A program made the translations under genes and the position numbers. 64,000 bases of DNA, taken from positions 1 through 64,000 of the forward strand of contig JALGPX010000041.1 of the NCBI GenBank assembly GCA_023515795.1. Direction: 5' to 3'. Origin of the DNA: Amoeboaphelidium occidentale (lineage: Eukaryota). Within the stretch, counting starts at the first letter, position 1; each line of letters begins with the position of its first letter. Shown piece after piece: positions 11,299-24,312 of this stretch. The notes under the pieces were generated by a model that did not search any database, was not told where the DNA came from, and saw nothing but the letters and a program-made list of their open reading frames with translations.

Positions 11299-11660
11299 CG
11301 TAATCGTAATCGTAAACGCAGTCGCACTTTCCGGAATGAAACTGAAATTTGCGACCGAAAGTGACCGACGGCTGATCGGCGCGCTTTTCGAAAAAAAACT
11401 TTTTTCCTTTCAAGACACACTTTTAAAAAAGGTACGTAAATTGCTCCTTCCTTTTTTAAATGGTCATTATAAAGCGCGTGGTTTTTTGTGGCTAATCATG
11501 ATGGCCTGCATAGCTGACTCTGCCATACTTTGCTGCTAGTGCTAGTGCTGCTGTTGCTGCTGCTTGTCATGTTGCACATCAATCCATAGTGAAAATGATG
11601 ACCTCATACTTCCTATGGCAGAAACTAATTGTTTTATTAGTATTTCTAACAGCAGCAAAA

Positions 11661-12053
11661 ATGGTTCGTATCAGCGTATTAAGTGATTGCTTGAAGTCTA
11701 TTGTCAATGCAGAAAAGAAGGGAAAGCGTCAGGTTCTTATCCGTCCATCTTCAAAGGTTGTCGTTAAGTTCTTGTCTGTCATGCAGAAACACGGTTACAT
11801 TGGCGAATTCGAAATTGTTGATGATCACAGAAGCGGTAAGATTGTTGTGCAATTGAACGGAAGACTCAACAAGGCTGGTGTTATCTCTCCTCGCTTCAAC
11901 ATCAAGGTTGGTGAAATTGAAAAGTGGGTCAATAACTTGTTGCCTTCCCGTCAGTTTGGTTTCATTGTCTTTACCACTTCTGCTGGTATCATGGACCACG
12001 AAGAAGCACGTAGAAAGAACACTGGTGGTAAAGTTCTAGGATACTTCTACTAA
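11661..12053 (+). CDS. RPS15A: 40S ribosomal protein uS8 (S15a/S22)
   Basis: [29 protein letters not shown]...[10 protein letters not shown]; probable 5'UTR intron 11432-11652. Confidence 0.97.
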   Translation: MVRISVLSDCLKSIVNAEKKGKRQVLIRPSSKVVVKFLSVMQKHGYIGEFEIVDDHRSGKIVVQLNGRLNKAGVISPRFNIKVGEIEKWVNNLLPSRQFGFIVFTTSAGIMDHEEARRKNTGGKVLGYFY

Positions 12054-12156
12054 ATTCCCTTCAATAAAGCTATATCGTAGTGCACCGTTGTTTATTTTTA
12101 TGGTTGGTAGTTTCATGCGATACCAAGTTATCGGAGTTTTTGGACTCCTCAAACGA

Positions 12157-13149
12157 CTATCTCATGACTTTGCGCTTTCGATACCACACGGCTTGACAGA
12201 TTATCATAATGTCGAATATCAAAGTGCCAAAACTTCCTAAAAGATATGGTAGTGTGCTTCTAAAGAACTTTTCATCCAATGTGGGTTGTCTCAATATGAT
12301 TTGCAAGCCATATGATATTGTTGAAGACAAAGTCAGTATGAACAACCCAATAGAAATTCCTTCAACGTCTTTTAAGATGTGATTAGTTCTAACTTGACCA
12401 ATTCGACTGCCAAAGTAGAATAATCCGGAACACCATGCAAGAACTTCGCCAATTATTCTCGCATAATCCTCTACTTCAGCTTCCGCATTGCATAATGGCC
12501 TTTTTGATAGTTCTGAAAGCTTTGACGTTGCAACAGGAATGCATAAACTCAAAGTTGTAATGACTGCAATCTGTATCACACTGTTTCTTCCTTTAAACCA
12601 TGGTGACCCTGAAGCACCATTACGCTGATCCTTTAAAAGTGGTGTTTCTTCAGTGCTTCTTGTAATTCTTTCGTCATAGAGTAGTTGATTTTGTGTATCA
12701 TTAGGAGTTGAGCACGATCCATCATAGTCTTCATCATCCTCATCGTTCTGCTTAACGTATAAATACTCGTTCACACCAGCCATTCTTCTATAAAAACGAG
12801 TGTAGTAAAAATACTGAAGAATAACAATCAGCTCTGTGATCACAAAGCACAGGCCCGTGTACTTTACTGTAGGGTACTGATTAGTCAAGAAAGCACCAAG
12901 AACATTTGATATATCGCCTAATAAGCATACAAACAGAAACTGTAGACTCAAACCATCAACAGATTTTCGTTTAAAATTCTTGTACAGCTGTGGAAAGAAC
13001 GCAACAAGAAAGCATATCACAGACATCATACCAAAGCAGAAGGCTGATATTTCTAGCGGAGTATAAACGCAATCTCTAAAGTATAATCCTATCCATTCCA
13101 CGTATCGTTTGCCGTCTTTGAATTCTGGGTCACACACACATTCCATCAC
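12157..13149 (-). CDS. PQ-loop vacuolar/lysosomal cationic amino-acid transporter (Ypq/PQLC2-like), paralog 2
   Basis: FFPQLYKNFKRKSVDGLS; second loop SRIGQ; LPYLLGS. Confidence 0.88.
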   Translation of the reverse strand: MMECVCDPEFKDGKRYVEWIGLYFRDCVYTPLEISAFCFGMMSVICFLVAFFPQLYKNFKRKSVDGLSLQFLFVCLLGDISNVLGAFLTNQYPTVKYTGLCFVITELIVILQYFYYTRFYRRMAGVNEYLYVKQNDEDDEDYDGSCSTPNDTQNQLLYDERITRSTEETPLLKDQRNGASGSPWFKGRNSVIQIAVITTLSLCIPVATSKLSELSKRPLCNAEAEVEDYARIIGEVLAWCSGLFYFGSRIGQVRTNHILKDVEGISIGLFILTLSSTISYGLQIILRQPTLDEKFFRSTLPYLLGSFGTLIFDIMIICQAVWYRKRKVMR

Positions 13150-13225
13150 GATTAGAGAAAATAAGAAACAGAGATTATCAGTTGCACAAAGCTTGTCAGA
13201 TCATTCTAAGGCATCTATTGCTCTA

Positions 13226-14362
13226 TTAAAATTCTTCATATGGTGGCACTGAAGGCAATCTTACGTGATCACGCTTCATTATTAACTTTCTGAACTTGCT
13301 GATAAATGAATTATCCTTGTGGTTTCCATACATTACAGCCTGAGTGATTATGATCATGTCAAAAATCAGAGTGCCAATACTACCCAACAGGTAAGGAAAA
13401 GTGCTTCTAAAGAATTTCTCATCAATTGCTGGCTGTCTAATAAGAATCTGAAGACCATAAGTAACATTTGAGGAAATTGTCAGAACAAACAGAGCAATGG
13501 ATAATCCTTCCACGTCCTTCAATTTGTAATTAGTGATAATCTGAGGAATACGACTGAAAAAATACAATAGACCAGAAGACCATGCCAAAACTTCACCAAT
13601 AATCTGCGCGAATTCTTCCAAATCATCTTCAGCATTACAGAGAGGCAATTCAGACATTTGCATAACTTTGGATGATACAGCTGGAATGCAAATCGCTACA
13701 GCTGTTATGATCGCAATGTGTGTAAGTGTGCTGCTTCCTGCAGCGGAATACGGCCGATTAGCTGTTTTTGTGTGCAGATAAGATTCTCCATGCAATACTT
13801 TAAAATCAGAACTTCCCATTGATGCATCCTGAGGCTTCAACAGTGGAGTATGTTCTCCTGTAGTGGAACCATTCATATGTAAACTGACATGCGATCCACT
13901 CAGAAAGCTTTGATTGTCTTTTGGTGTTGAAGAAGAACCATCAAAATCGTCTTCCTCTTCTTCTTTTGACGTATTGAAGGGCAATGGCGTGCCTTTTGGT
14001 CCTTTATACACGTAAGCATAGTAAAAGTACTGCAATAGACTCAGAGCATCGCTGATCACAAAGTATAATCCCGTGTATTTGACTGTAGGGTACTGATTAG
14101 TGAGGAATGCACCAAACATGTTTGAGATATCCCCGAGTAACCAAGTGAGCAGAAATCCAAAGCTGAGGCCTTCCACTGTTTTACGCTGATAGTTCTTATA
14201 CAACTGAGGGAACAATGCAACAATGAACAGGAGAACAGAGATGATACCAAAGAAGAATCCGGATATCTCCAGCGGCGTATACACGCAATCCTTAAAGTAC
14301 ATTCCGATCCATTCCACGTAATGATGGCCATCTTTGTACACGGGGTCACACGTACAATCCAT
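13226..14362 (-). CDS. PQ-loop transporter (Ypq/PQLC2-like), paralog 1
   Basis: LFPQLYKNYQRKTVEGLS, SRIPQIITNY, FPYLLGS. Confidence 0.9.
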   Translation of the reverse strand: MDCTCDPVYKDGHHYVEWIGMYFKDCVYTPLEISGFFFGIISVLLFIVALFPQLYKNYQRKTVEGLSFGFLLTWLLGDISNMFGAFLTNQYPTVKYTGLYFVISDALSLLQYFYYAYVYKGPKGTPLPFNTSKEEEEDDFDGSSSTPKDNQSFLSGSHVSLHMNGSTTGEHTPLLKPQDASMGSSDFKVLHGESYLHTKTANRPYSAAGSSTLTHIAIITAVAICIPAVSSKVMQMSELPLCNAEDDLEEFAQIIGEVLAWSSGLLYFFSRIPQIITNYKLKDVEGLSIALFVLTISSNVTYGLQILIRQPAIDEKFFRSTFPYLLGSIGTLIFDMIIITQAVMYGNHKDNSFISKFRKLIMKRDHVRLPSVPPYEEF

Positions 14363-15171
14363 TGAAAAGCAGAAGGAAAATTTTTGAAAGTCGCTGATTG
14401 GGGATACTCGCAGATTTCAAAACTGCGATTAGGACAAGCAAAGGAAGTCAAACTGTGCAAGATCCCTGAATATCCAAGTAGCTGCTCTTAGCTTATTATG
14501 GGGGCTTTCACTACGTGCTATCAGATTCTATAGAAAAATCTTTGTTTTATCTCGACATCTGTGTTCGACTGCGCTACTTTAGACTTTGACAATAAGCAAC
14601 ATCAGTATCTTAGCATGTAACATTAAATAGCTCTCAGAACTCGCTCAATATTCGTGCAACCAGTGAAGCATGTCAAAAGAGACTATGATCACACGACACC
14701 GAAAGATCTCGCCAATATAATCCCTGCAAATAGGTGAACAGAGAGACAAGCTATGTGATCACAATATTCGAAGAAATAATCATAAGAACTCCTATAGGTC
14801 CTTAAGTGTCACGATCTTGTGGTATCTCTGCTGAAACCATGCCAGTTCATCAAGTTTTCGATGACANNNNNNNNNNNNNNNNNCATGTCAAAAGAGACCA
14901 TGATCACACGACACCGAAAGATCTCGCCAATATAATCCCTGCAAATAGGTGAACAAAGAGACAAGCTATGTGATCACAATATTCGAAGAAATAATCATAA
15001 GAGCTCCTATAGGTCCTTAAGTGTCACGATCTTGTGGTATCTCTGCTGAAACCATGCCAGTTCATCAAGTTTTCGATGACATTCTCCACGAATCAGAAAG
15101 CATCGTTGACCCCTTAGTTTGCGACTGCGCAATTTTTTCGTAATTCAAAAACCACTCAGCAGACAACGGTA

Positions 15172-16514
15172 ATGGTCAAGGAAACGAAATATTACGATTT
15201 ACTCGGCGTACAGCCAAATGCTACGGATGCTGAAATGAAGAAGGCATATCGAAAACGTAAGCCTTTGGAACCGAAAACGACGCAGCTAATCATTAATAGT
15301 CGCATTACAATTGCATCCAGACAAGAATCCAGACGCCGGCGATAAATTTAAGGAAGTTTCTCATGCATACGAAATTCTAAGTGACCCTCAAAAGAGAGAA
15401 GTTTACGATCGTTTCGGTGAGGAAGGACTTAAAGGAGGAGGTATTTCTTAGCGCATTACAATGACTCATGATGTTTGTCTCTGTAGGCATGGGCGAAGGG
15501 CTTAACCCTGAAGACTTGTTCTCGTCCTTATTCGGATTTGGTGGCGGCATGGGCGGCAGAGCTAGGAACTCAGGACCAAGACGCGGCAAGGATGTCGTGC
15601 ATGAATTGAAAGTATCTTTGGAAGATCTTTACAAGGGAAAACTTTCAAAGTTGTCACTCAATAAGACTATCGTTTGCGGAAAATGTGAAGGTCGTGGTGG
15701 TAAGGAAGGCGCAGTCCAGACGTGTTCTTCTTGTGGTGGTCACGGTGTTAAGATTACAATGAGGCAAATGGGTCCAATGGTGCAGCAGATTCAGCAAACA
15801 TGTTCAGAGTGCAGAGGTGAAGGAAATATCATCAGAGAAAAGGATCGTTGCAAGACTTGTCACGGAAAGAAAGTCGTTAACGAGAAGAAGATTTTAGAAG
15901 TTCAAATCGAAAAGGGAATGCGCAGTGGCCAAAAGATCACTTTTCAGGGTGACGGCGACCAGCTGCCTGGCATCATTCCGGGAGACGTAATTATCGTGTT
16001 GGATGAGAAGCCACACAGCAATTTCAACAGAGTCAATGATGATTTGATTTATAAAGCAAAGATTGACCTATTGACTGCACTTGCAGGTGGTCCATTCAAT
16101 GTTCCTCATTTGGACGGAAGAATATTATCAGTTAATATTGCGCCTGGTCAAGTTATCAAGCCAGGAGAGAAGAAGATGATCAGCGGAGAAGGTAAATTCT
16201 CTTTGGCAATTTGTTTTTAACTATTAGGTATGCCTATCTATAAGAGAAGTCACGAGAATGGTGATCTTTACGTTGAGTTTGAAGTTGAGTTTCCTCCAAC
16301 CAACTGGGCTTCGCTTGATAAGATAAAACAATTGGAAAATATTCTACCGCCAAGACCAACACCAATGGTTCTCGATGATAAAGTGGTTGATGAATATGAC
16401 CTAGAGAATTATGATCAACACAAATTCAACAGAAATAATCAACGCTCTCGCCACGCACATGATGATGATGACGACGAACACGAAGGCCCTGGCGTACAAT
16501 GTGCTCAACAATAA
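15172..16514 (+). CDS. YDJ1: type I Hsp40 co-chaperone (Ydj1/DNAJA), 4 exons
   Basis: [19 protein letters not shown], four CxxCxGxG repeats, C-terminal CAQQ CaaX. Confidence 0.95.
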
Positions 16515-16612
16515 AAGCATTTCAAAACTTTGTAGCTTCGAGCATATTGTTACAGAGTCTTAGAGATCAGTTTGATTTTCTGCAAACATTCAGACTTGTC
16601 TCAGCTTTCGCT

Positions 16613-18709
16613 ATGGTAAACCCTGATATCTGACAAAAACTAGAACTAAATATGATAGTCATTTTTGTTTCCATTCTCTTTTGCGTCTAAAGCTAAAGAA
16701 GCTGAAGAGCACATCCCTGAAGACCGTTTTGCTGCAGTTGAAAACCACGAGGGATTTAACAAGCAGGATCATGATGAGGCCAAGGAAGATAGCGAACAAG
16801 AAAGAGCAGCTGTTAAGCAGAGAGGCCATCAGGACTCAAGAAGTGACGCTGATCACTCAACTTCGTTTCAATTCGCTCACATGCTCTGTGTTTTGTGCAA
16901 GCAGCTAATGAAACAGGACAGAATGCCGAGGAAGTTGAGCTGTAATCATTCAATGTGCGATGAATGTGTACGCCAATTGCCTATTTACGAAAGGAGCGTC
17001 CCTGTTCCGGAAAAACAGCCCACTGAATTAGGCAAGAAAAAGCCATTCTCATTGTTGTTCATGTTGGGCAGAAGCAGCCATGATTCTGGTATTGATGCCG
17101 CTTCTGTAACTGATGATATCAAAGAAAATGGTTCAAGTATTGAAGAAGCTAAGAATGATCGTGATACTGAAACTCCTGATGGCCGCAGAAAGAAGTATGG
17201 TTATATCAGTTGTTTAGAATGTTCATCATCAACAATTTTGGGTTTGAATGCTTTTGATGATTTAAGTATCAACTATGAACTGCAAGAACAAGCAGAAGAA
17301 TTGGTAGAAAGAATGTCAAAGTGTGCTGATTGCAAAACCAATATGAGTGCCAAGTTCTGCTACAATTGTGAAATGTTTTTGTGTGATAGTTGTTCTGCAA
17401 GAATACACTGTGGCGTAGTCACTTCAAAACATAGGCAAGTCGACCGTGAGACTCTTGCACCTCATTATGTTGGCACAAAGGTATTTACCTGTTATCCAGT
17501 GAATACTTATCTCTAGAGATGTGATCAGCACAATATCGAATGCGGGCTTTACTGCATCACATGTGAAGCTTTGGCTTGCTCCTCTTGTCAATGGGGAAAG
17601 CATAGAAATCATGATTTGAGATTAGTAGAAGATGTTTGGAGTATTAGAAATATTGAGTTAAATCAACATTTAAGATCGCTTAAGCAGAATGAAGAGGAAT
17701 TTATAAGAGCAATCGACAATTTGAACTTGGAAATCAGATTGCTAGAAGAGAGGCGTGTTGCCGCATCTGCTTTTGTTGGAAGACATTTTGCAGATTTAAG
17801 GAAAGAATTGGATGAGTTCGAGCAAGATTACTTGGAGCAAATTAAAGATGACGCAAAAGACAAATGTGAGTTTAAAAATTATTGAGCTAATTTGTAGCTA
17901 AAAAATTAACGAAGCAACTTCAGTTTTGGAATGCTAAGCACCAAGACTTATGTTTACGCACAAAAGTCACCCAATCGTTGTTGGATGAAGAGAACAGATG
18001 TGAAGTAATTGACAAATGTATTCAACATCAAAAAGCCCTGAAATGCGCTCTAGCGGCTCTACCTGAACTGAAGCAATGTGCTCCTTCCACCATTCCAGTT
18101 ACCCTGAGAGGTTTGGGCGTCGAGTTGACCAGAATGGCTAGTAAAGTCAAAGAAGAAACTTTTCCTAGAAGTAGCAGGAATTCGATTGTAATTTCTGAAA
18201 AAGTCATGAAGAATGCAAAGAAAAGAATGCAAGAGAGTGAGGATGAGACAGATGATACTGAGTCTAGCAAAGAATACGAAGAACTGAAAAAAATCGAAGT
18301 GTCTCCTCCGCTTCGCAATACTGCCGCTTCTAAAGTTCATGCTGAGCTTTCAAAGAAGTTAGAAAAGAAGGTTTCTACCAAAGTAGCTCAAGAGAAGCCA
18401 ATATTTAATAAGGGGCCTAGCAAGACACAAAGCAAGCCTGTATCACGCAAACCAGCAAAAGAAGAAAAAGACTGTGAGATCATTGAGTTAAGTGATCAAG
18501 ACGATCCAAAAGAAAACCAAAAATTTCAACAGAAGTCGAGATTGAAGTCTGTTAAAAGAGCGCAAACCGTTGAAACTGCTTACTCAGAATCAAAGAGTAC
18601 TTCGGAAGATGAATTTTTGCCTTCACCAGCACAATTAGGTTTTGGAAGAAAAGAAAAAGCGCAAACTCAACCAACAAGAATGAACAAATTCTATGTTGCC
18701 GACAAATGA
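16613..18709 (+). CDS. RING-Bbox-Bbox-coiled-coil (TRIM/RBCC-like) protein
   Basis: RING CVLC..LSCNHSMCDEC...CLEC; B-box1 CADC..FCYNCEMFLCDSC..IH..H; B-box2 CDQH..YCITCEALACSSC..H..H after intron 17481-17516; then coiled coil; probable ATG-only first exon. Confidence 0.75.
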
Positions 18710-18728
18710 ATAAATACTTAAGTGAAAA

Positions 18729-21511
18729 TTAAGACGAAAGCAACTCTTTCATTCTACTTTCCAGCAGCTGAATAACCTGATCCTGCGGCGAGTAAACACC
18801 ACTTGAAAGTAGAATCTTCTTTTCTCTTTGAAGTCGTTCACGTTCTAGATTTCTGAAGTCTCTTTTAGGAGACTTTTTCGCATGCTGTTCATCTTTCAGT
18901 GTAGGCGACTGCAGTTCCTCTTCTTGCAAATCCATAAACCTGACCTTCAATTTTTCAGTTTCATAGATGCTCTCCAAAAGTTGCTTTTCTTGTTCTGAAG
19001 ATTTCTGCATTTTCTTGACCAGTAACTCTTTCATGCTGTTTTTCCATGCAACCTTGTAATGATTTTTTGTTTTTTCAAAGTTAGCAATTCTATCTGTCAG
19101 TTCTGCCTTCTCTCGTTTCAAGTCATTCATTTCTGCTTCCATTTCCATTTTTTCTTGAATCTTTTTCTGTTCCTTTAACGTATTTAACCCAGTGTTCGAT
19201 AATCGTTCTTGCTGCAAATTGCGTTGAGCGGCTTTCAGTTCCTCAAGATGCTCTTTCAGTGAGGCGTTTTCATTTTTCAGTGAACTGAGCTCTGAACTGA
19301 ATTCGTCTAAAAGTACTCTTTGCCTTTCAAGTTTAGATTCATACTCGTCTTTTAAATGTCTTGAACTGTCGTTGACCTCCACCAATCGTTTTTGATATTC
19401 TGACTCCATTGACTTTGTTGTAGCTTCAAAAGCACTCTCTTTCTCTAAAATATCCTTTTCTTTTCCCTCCAGCTTCTTCAACATTAGACTGATTTGCTGC
19501 TCGTAATGACGAAGTTGTTCTAGCTTCGTCTGCAATACTGAATTGCTTTGGCTCACAGTCTTTTGTACATGCTCCTTTAAATGAGATAATAAAACCTTTT
19601 CCGATCCCTCCAAGTTCTTTTTAAAATCATTCCACTCTTTCAATTTCCATTCTTCTAATTTCACAGCAGCAGAATACTCTTTTGTTTTTCTGATGCTCCC
19701 GCTCTTTTTGGAAACGGTGCCTGGATCTTGCTTATCTGATTTAGGAAAAGGAAATTGAGATCTTTTGCTGGTGCTTGATTTGAATAGTTCTGTTAAGACA
19801 CGATCACTCTCTTGAATAGCGTCTGCTGCCTTTTCCTTCTTGTTTTCGATATCTCCCACTTCTCCGAAATCTTCCAGTATCACGAAGTATTTCAATTGGC
19901 AGAGTGGCCTAGATTCTTTTTGACAATCATAAAAAGATGCGTTTCCTTCAACCCTTTGCTGGTAAGGTTTGAAAGCTTTTGAAATCAGATTATCTCCTTC
20001 GATCTCTTCAGCATTAGACAATCCCACTATTTGGTCTTTAACAGCGCTTCTGAGCGAATTCATCAAAATTTCTGTTCTAGCAAAAGGTTCATTGTTTCCT
20101 GTGCTCAAAGAGCAAAACAAGTCAATCTTTAAGGCAACACTTTCCAAGTAATTATAGAAAACATACAAATCCATACAGAACTCAAAAGAATGCATCGAAT
20201 GAGGAAGAAAATTATCTGTGTTTTCGTATGCAAAGATGGGAGGATATGTCTGAACATAATCGCCGTCTGCCATGGCAATTCCGATTAAAGGCTCATACTT
20301 GAATCTCAAATAGACTCCCTCTAGTTGCTGAGTCAAATCAGAGAGCTGTTTCAAATCAATAGAAAAACGCAATTTGTGCCAATGAGGTAATATCTTGGAT
20401 TTCTGTACAGCCATTGATGAAGCGAGCGCTGCAGCTTCGTTCTCTTGTTCCGTCGAGCCACAAAGCTTAACTTCAGTCCCTACTGTAACTCTGGCAAGAA
20501 CTGCATCGATTCCCAGTAGCTCATAATTAGTCCAAGTTTCTTTTTTGTGTACATGAATACGTAAGCGACTTAATATTTCAGTTTCGCGAGACAAGAATAA
20601 TTCGAAAGGACATGCTTCAAGTAGATCTTTTAGGTCTTTTTGAGTTCCATGAAGTATTATCGTAAAACTTATTTGAGCAAAATCATTCAAGTTATAGAAA
20701 GTGTCTGAGACAATCGAATTGTGACTTTTGTTGTTTTCCGATAGAACAGGAGTTTTCAAGTAAAAGAAGTATCCCACAGAAGATACAAATCCAACTCTTT
20801 CGGCTCCATTATTAGTAAAGGATGCTGGTTTGATAGTAATATGTACTGCGTAAGTTTCAGAAGGCGAGGAATCGTGTTCTGCATCATTCTTCCTGACGAT
20901 ATCAAAAGTGTTTGGTGCTCCGGATGCCACCAGATAAATCGGATCTTCTTTCGTATGGGAATAACCGGGGTATAATCCAAAATTGGGATATGGATTCTTT
21001 ACAGTCTTCAGAGGCGATGAAGATTGCTTATCATGATCCTCAACAGAGAACGACAGTTTCAACTCCGGTCTACCCATAGCGTTTCCTTTAAGAACAATTA
21101 AAGGATGCCTAGCAACTATAAGTTTGACCAGCGTTCATGATATTACCATTTTTCCTTGAAGTTAACCCTGAGATCAACCATCACATAACCTATCAAGTGT
21201 CTCTTCATATTCAAAGCATCAAATGTGCTCCCATCCGAACTTATCCCAAAGACTTGGACTTTCATCATTTCCCTTTGGGATCTGTAATACTTCAATGTCT
21301 TCTCGGACATCTCAAAAGCTAGCTCTGTGTCAAAGATTGCACCATGTTGCTGATCGGGTGTTACAGGATCTGTGACTAGAATTTCATTATTAAACTTGCA
21401 CTGAGCAAAGATCCTATTGTGTTCCTCTGATATTGAGAAATTTCGGCCTAAAATGTGAGTAATGTAACTGTTTATGTTGCCTTCGAAAATCGTCAACAGA
21501 ACTGTTACCAT
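18729..21511 (-). CDS. CEP120: centrosomal protein CEP120 homolog
   Basis: N-terminal C2 (CKFNNEILVTDPV, FDTELAFE, IGYVMVDLR), third C2, EYSAAVKLEEWK coiled coil, C-terminal LLSSGVYSPQDQVI. Confidence 0.8.
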
Positions 21512-21567
21512 CGAGAAAACATTGAAACAGGATCATTATTTCAAATTTCTGCGCTTTTATTGATCAT

Positions 21568-24231
21568 TTACTTTGAAGCCTGATGTGGTTTAATCTTCCA
21601 GATTTGTTCAGCATACTCGGTGACGCAACGGTCAGAGCTGAACTTGCCCATTCCTGCAGTGCACATGATACTCTTCTTCAACCACTTTTGCTTGTCCTTG
21701 AACGCCTCATCGACTTTCTTCTGTGCTTCCAAATACAAAGGAAAGTCAACAGTGAGCAAGTAATGATCTCCTCCAACAGTAATTGTATCCAACAAAGGCT
21801 GGATCACTTTAGCATTAACAAAGACACCCTTCTGAAGTTGTTGGAAAACAGCTTCAAATTGAGGGTTCATTGCAAGCTTGCGATAACGGATAGCATGACG
21901 ATAATCTTCGACTTCATTTGCTTTAACCCCAAACACGAAGATATTGTCATCGCCAATTTCTTCCTTGATTTCAATATTGGCACCATCAAGAGTTCCCAAA
22001 ATCAAACCACCATTCAAAACAAATTTCATGTTAGAAGTTCCACTGGCTTCAGTTCCGGCAGTGGAGATGTGCTGTGAAATATCACTAGCAGGAATGATGA
22101 TCTCGGCCAAAGAGACATTGTAATCAGCCAAGAACACCACCTTCAACAAATCACCAACAGCAGGATCATTATTGACAACTTCTGCAACACTATTGATCAA
22201 CTTGATGACCAACTTTGCAATGTAATAACCAGGAGCGGCTTTACCTCCAAAAATAACAACTCTTGGAACAAACTTCTTCTTTTCTTCAGCAGAAGCAGCT
22301 TTGATGCTGTTATAACGATGAATGACACTCAAAATGTTCATGAACTGACGCTTGTACTCGTGAATTCTCTTGACTTGAACATCGAACAATGCATGAGGAT
22401 CAACTTTGATTCCGTTATTGACTTCTATATACTTTGCCAAACGTTGCTTGTTCTCCAATTTGATTCTGGCCCATTCCTTCTGGAAAGCGGCATCATCAAC
22501 ATATTTCTTCAGGTTCTTCAACTGGGACAAGTTTGTTAACCAATCGTCATTTCCAAGCTTAGAGGTGATCAAATCGGCCAAAAGCTTATTGGACTGATTT
22601 AACCAACGTCTAGGAGTAATTCCGTTCGTCTTATTCTGGAATTTGGCAACACCATAGAATTCAACAAAATCTTTGAAAACTGTCTGTCTGATCAAACCAG
22701 AGTGGATTTCAGCGACACCATTCACAGTATGACTTCCAACAACAGCCAAGTGTGCCATACGAACATGTTGTGGAACAGATTCTTCAATTATTGACATTCT
22801 TGCCAATCTTTCTCTGTCATCAGGGTACATCTTCTCGACTTTCTGCAAGAAGAACAAGTTGATATCGTAGATGATCTCCATATGACGAGGCAACAATTGG
22901 CTCAATAATGGGACAGGCCACTTTTCCATAGCTTCAGGCAAAACAGTATGGTTAGTAAATGAGAATGTTTTGGTGACAATTTCCCATGCTTGATCCCAGT
23001 GCAATCCTTCAATATCAACCAGTCTTCTCATCAACTCAACAATTCCAAGAGTAGGATGAGTATCATTCAATTGCATAGCAACTTTGTTTGGGAACTCAGA
23101 CCAAGAATGATTCTTCTTCTTGAATCTTCTAATAACATCTTGCAAAGTGGCACAAACAAAGAAGTATTGCTGTTTCAAACGCAATTCTTTTCCAGCCATG
23201 GTATTGTCATTTGGATACAATACAGCAGTAATATTCTCAGCAACCATGTTCTCTTCAACACTCTTCTGGTAATTACCTTCATTGAAACTTGCCAAATCAA
23301 ATCTCTTCTTTGGCAGAGATCTCCACAATCTGATACTGATGGTATTCTTGGTCTTATACCCAGGAACAGGAACATCGTAAGCAACTGCCTCAACAACTTG
23401 ACCACCATCCCAAACTTTCTTGCCCTTATCGCCTTCACCAGGAACTGCGTGAACATTTCCATAGAAACGAACATCATAAGACACATCGTGACGAGGCAAC
23501 TCCCATGGATTATCATAAGTCAACCAGTAATCAGGTGTTTCAATTTGGTAACCATCAACAATACGCTGCTGGAAAATACCATAGTTGTAACGCAATCCGT
23601 AACCCTAAAAATTCATCAACACAAACAATGAATTACATCACACTTACCCATGCAGGATAGTTCAAACTAGCCAAACTATCAAGAATACATGCACCCAATC
23701 TTCCCAAGCCACCATTGCCAAGAGCAGCATCAACTTCTTCTTCGATAATCTCCTCCAAATTGAAGCCCAAACTCCTAGCTGCTTCCTTAAAACAATCCTT
23801 CACATTCAAATTCAGCATGGCATTATCCAGAGACCTGCCAACCAAGAACTCCATTGACAGATAATAAACTCTTTTAGGGTCAGCCAGAGTATGAGACTGC
23901 TGTGACCAATTCCAGCTGTGAATCAAACGATCTCTAATGGAATGCGCCACAGCTTGGTAAACAGCCAAAGTGTCCAAATTCCATGGACTAAACAGGTAAA
24001 AATGAAGCGCAACTTTGAAATTAATTACGTTCTTGCTAGAGTCTTGAATGCGTGTCTAGCAATCGCATTCTGAGCAGACTCAACTGAAACACTTTCTTCC
24101 GGAGCGGACTTTAGCCACAAATTATACTGCTCTTGAGACAAATGAGTAGCATGAGAGGTAGGCGACACAATTCCGGAAGCATCCGTAGGTTTAATCGATA
24201 ACTTTTCCATTTCAGGTAAAGTGGTTGGCAT
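21568..24231 (-). CDS. GPH1: glycogen phosphorylase (3 exons)
   Basis: [51 protein letters not shown] (PLP lysine). Confidence 0.97.
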
Positions 24232-24312
24232 ATGTGTGGTGAAGTTATGATCACTACAAATCGATCACCAAACTCGAATAAAATTTTTGTTTCGCTCGTG
24301 TCTCAAGAGGAA

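Noticed and set aside
14669..15081. ~200-bp direct repeat flanking an N run upstream of YDJ1
   Set aside because: Near-identical copies on both sides of a gap; the same pattern occurs at every gap, so it is most likely an unmerged contig overlap or allelic haplotypes.
22990..23631. 213-aa and other antisense ORFs over glycogen phosphorylase
   Set aside because: Antisense shadows of a codon-biased conserved gene.
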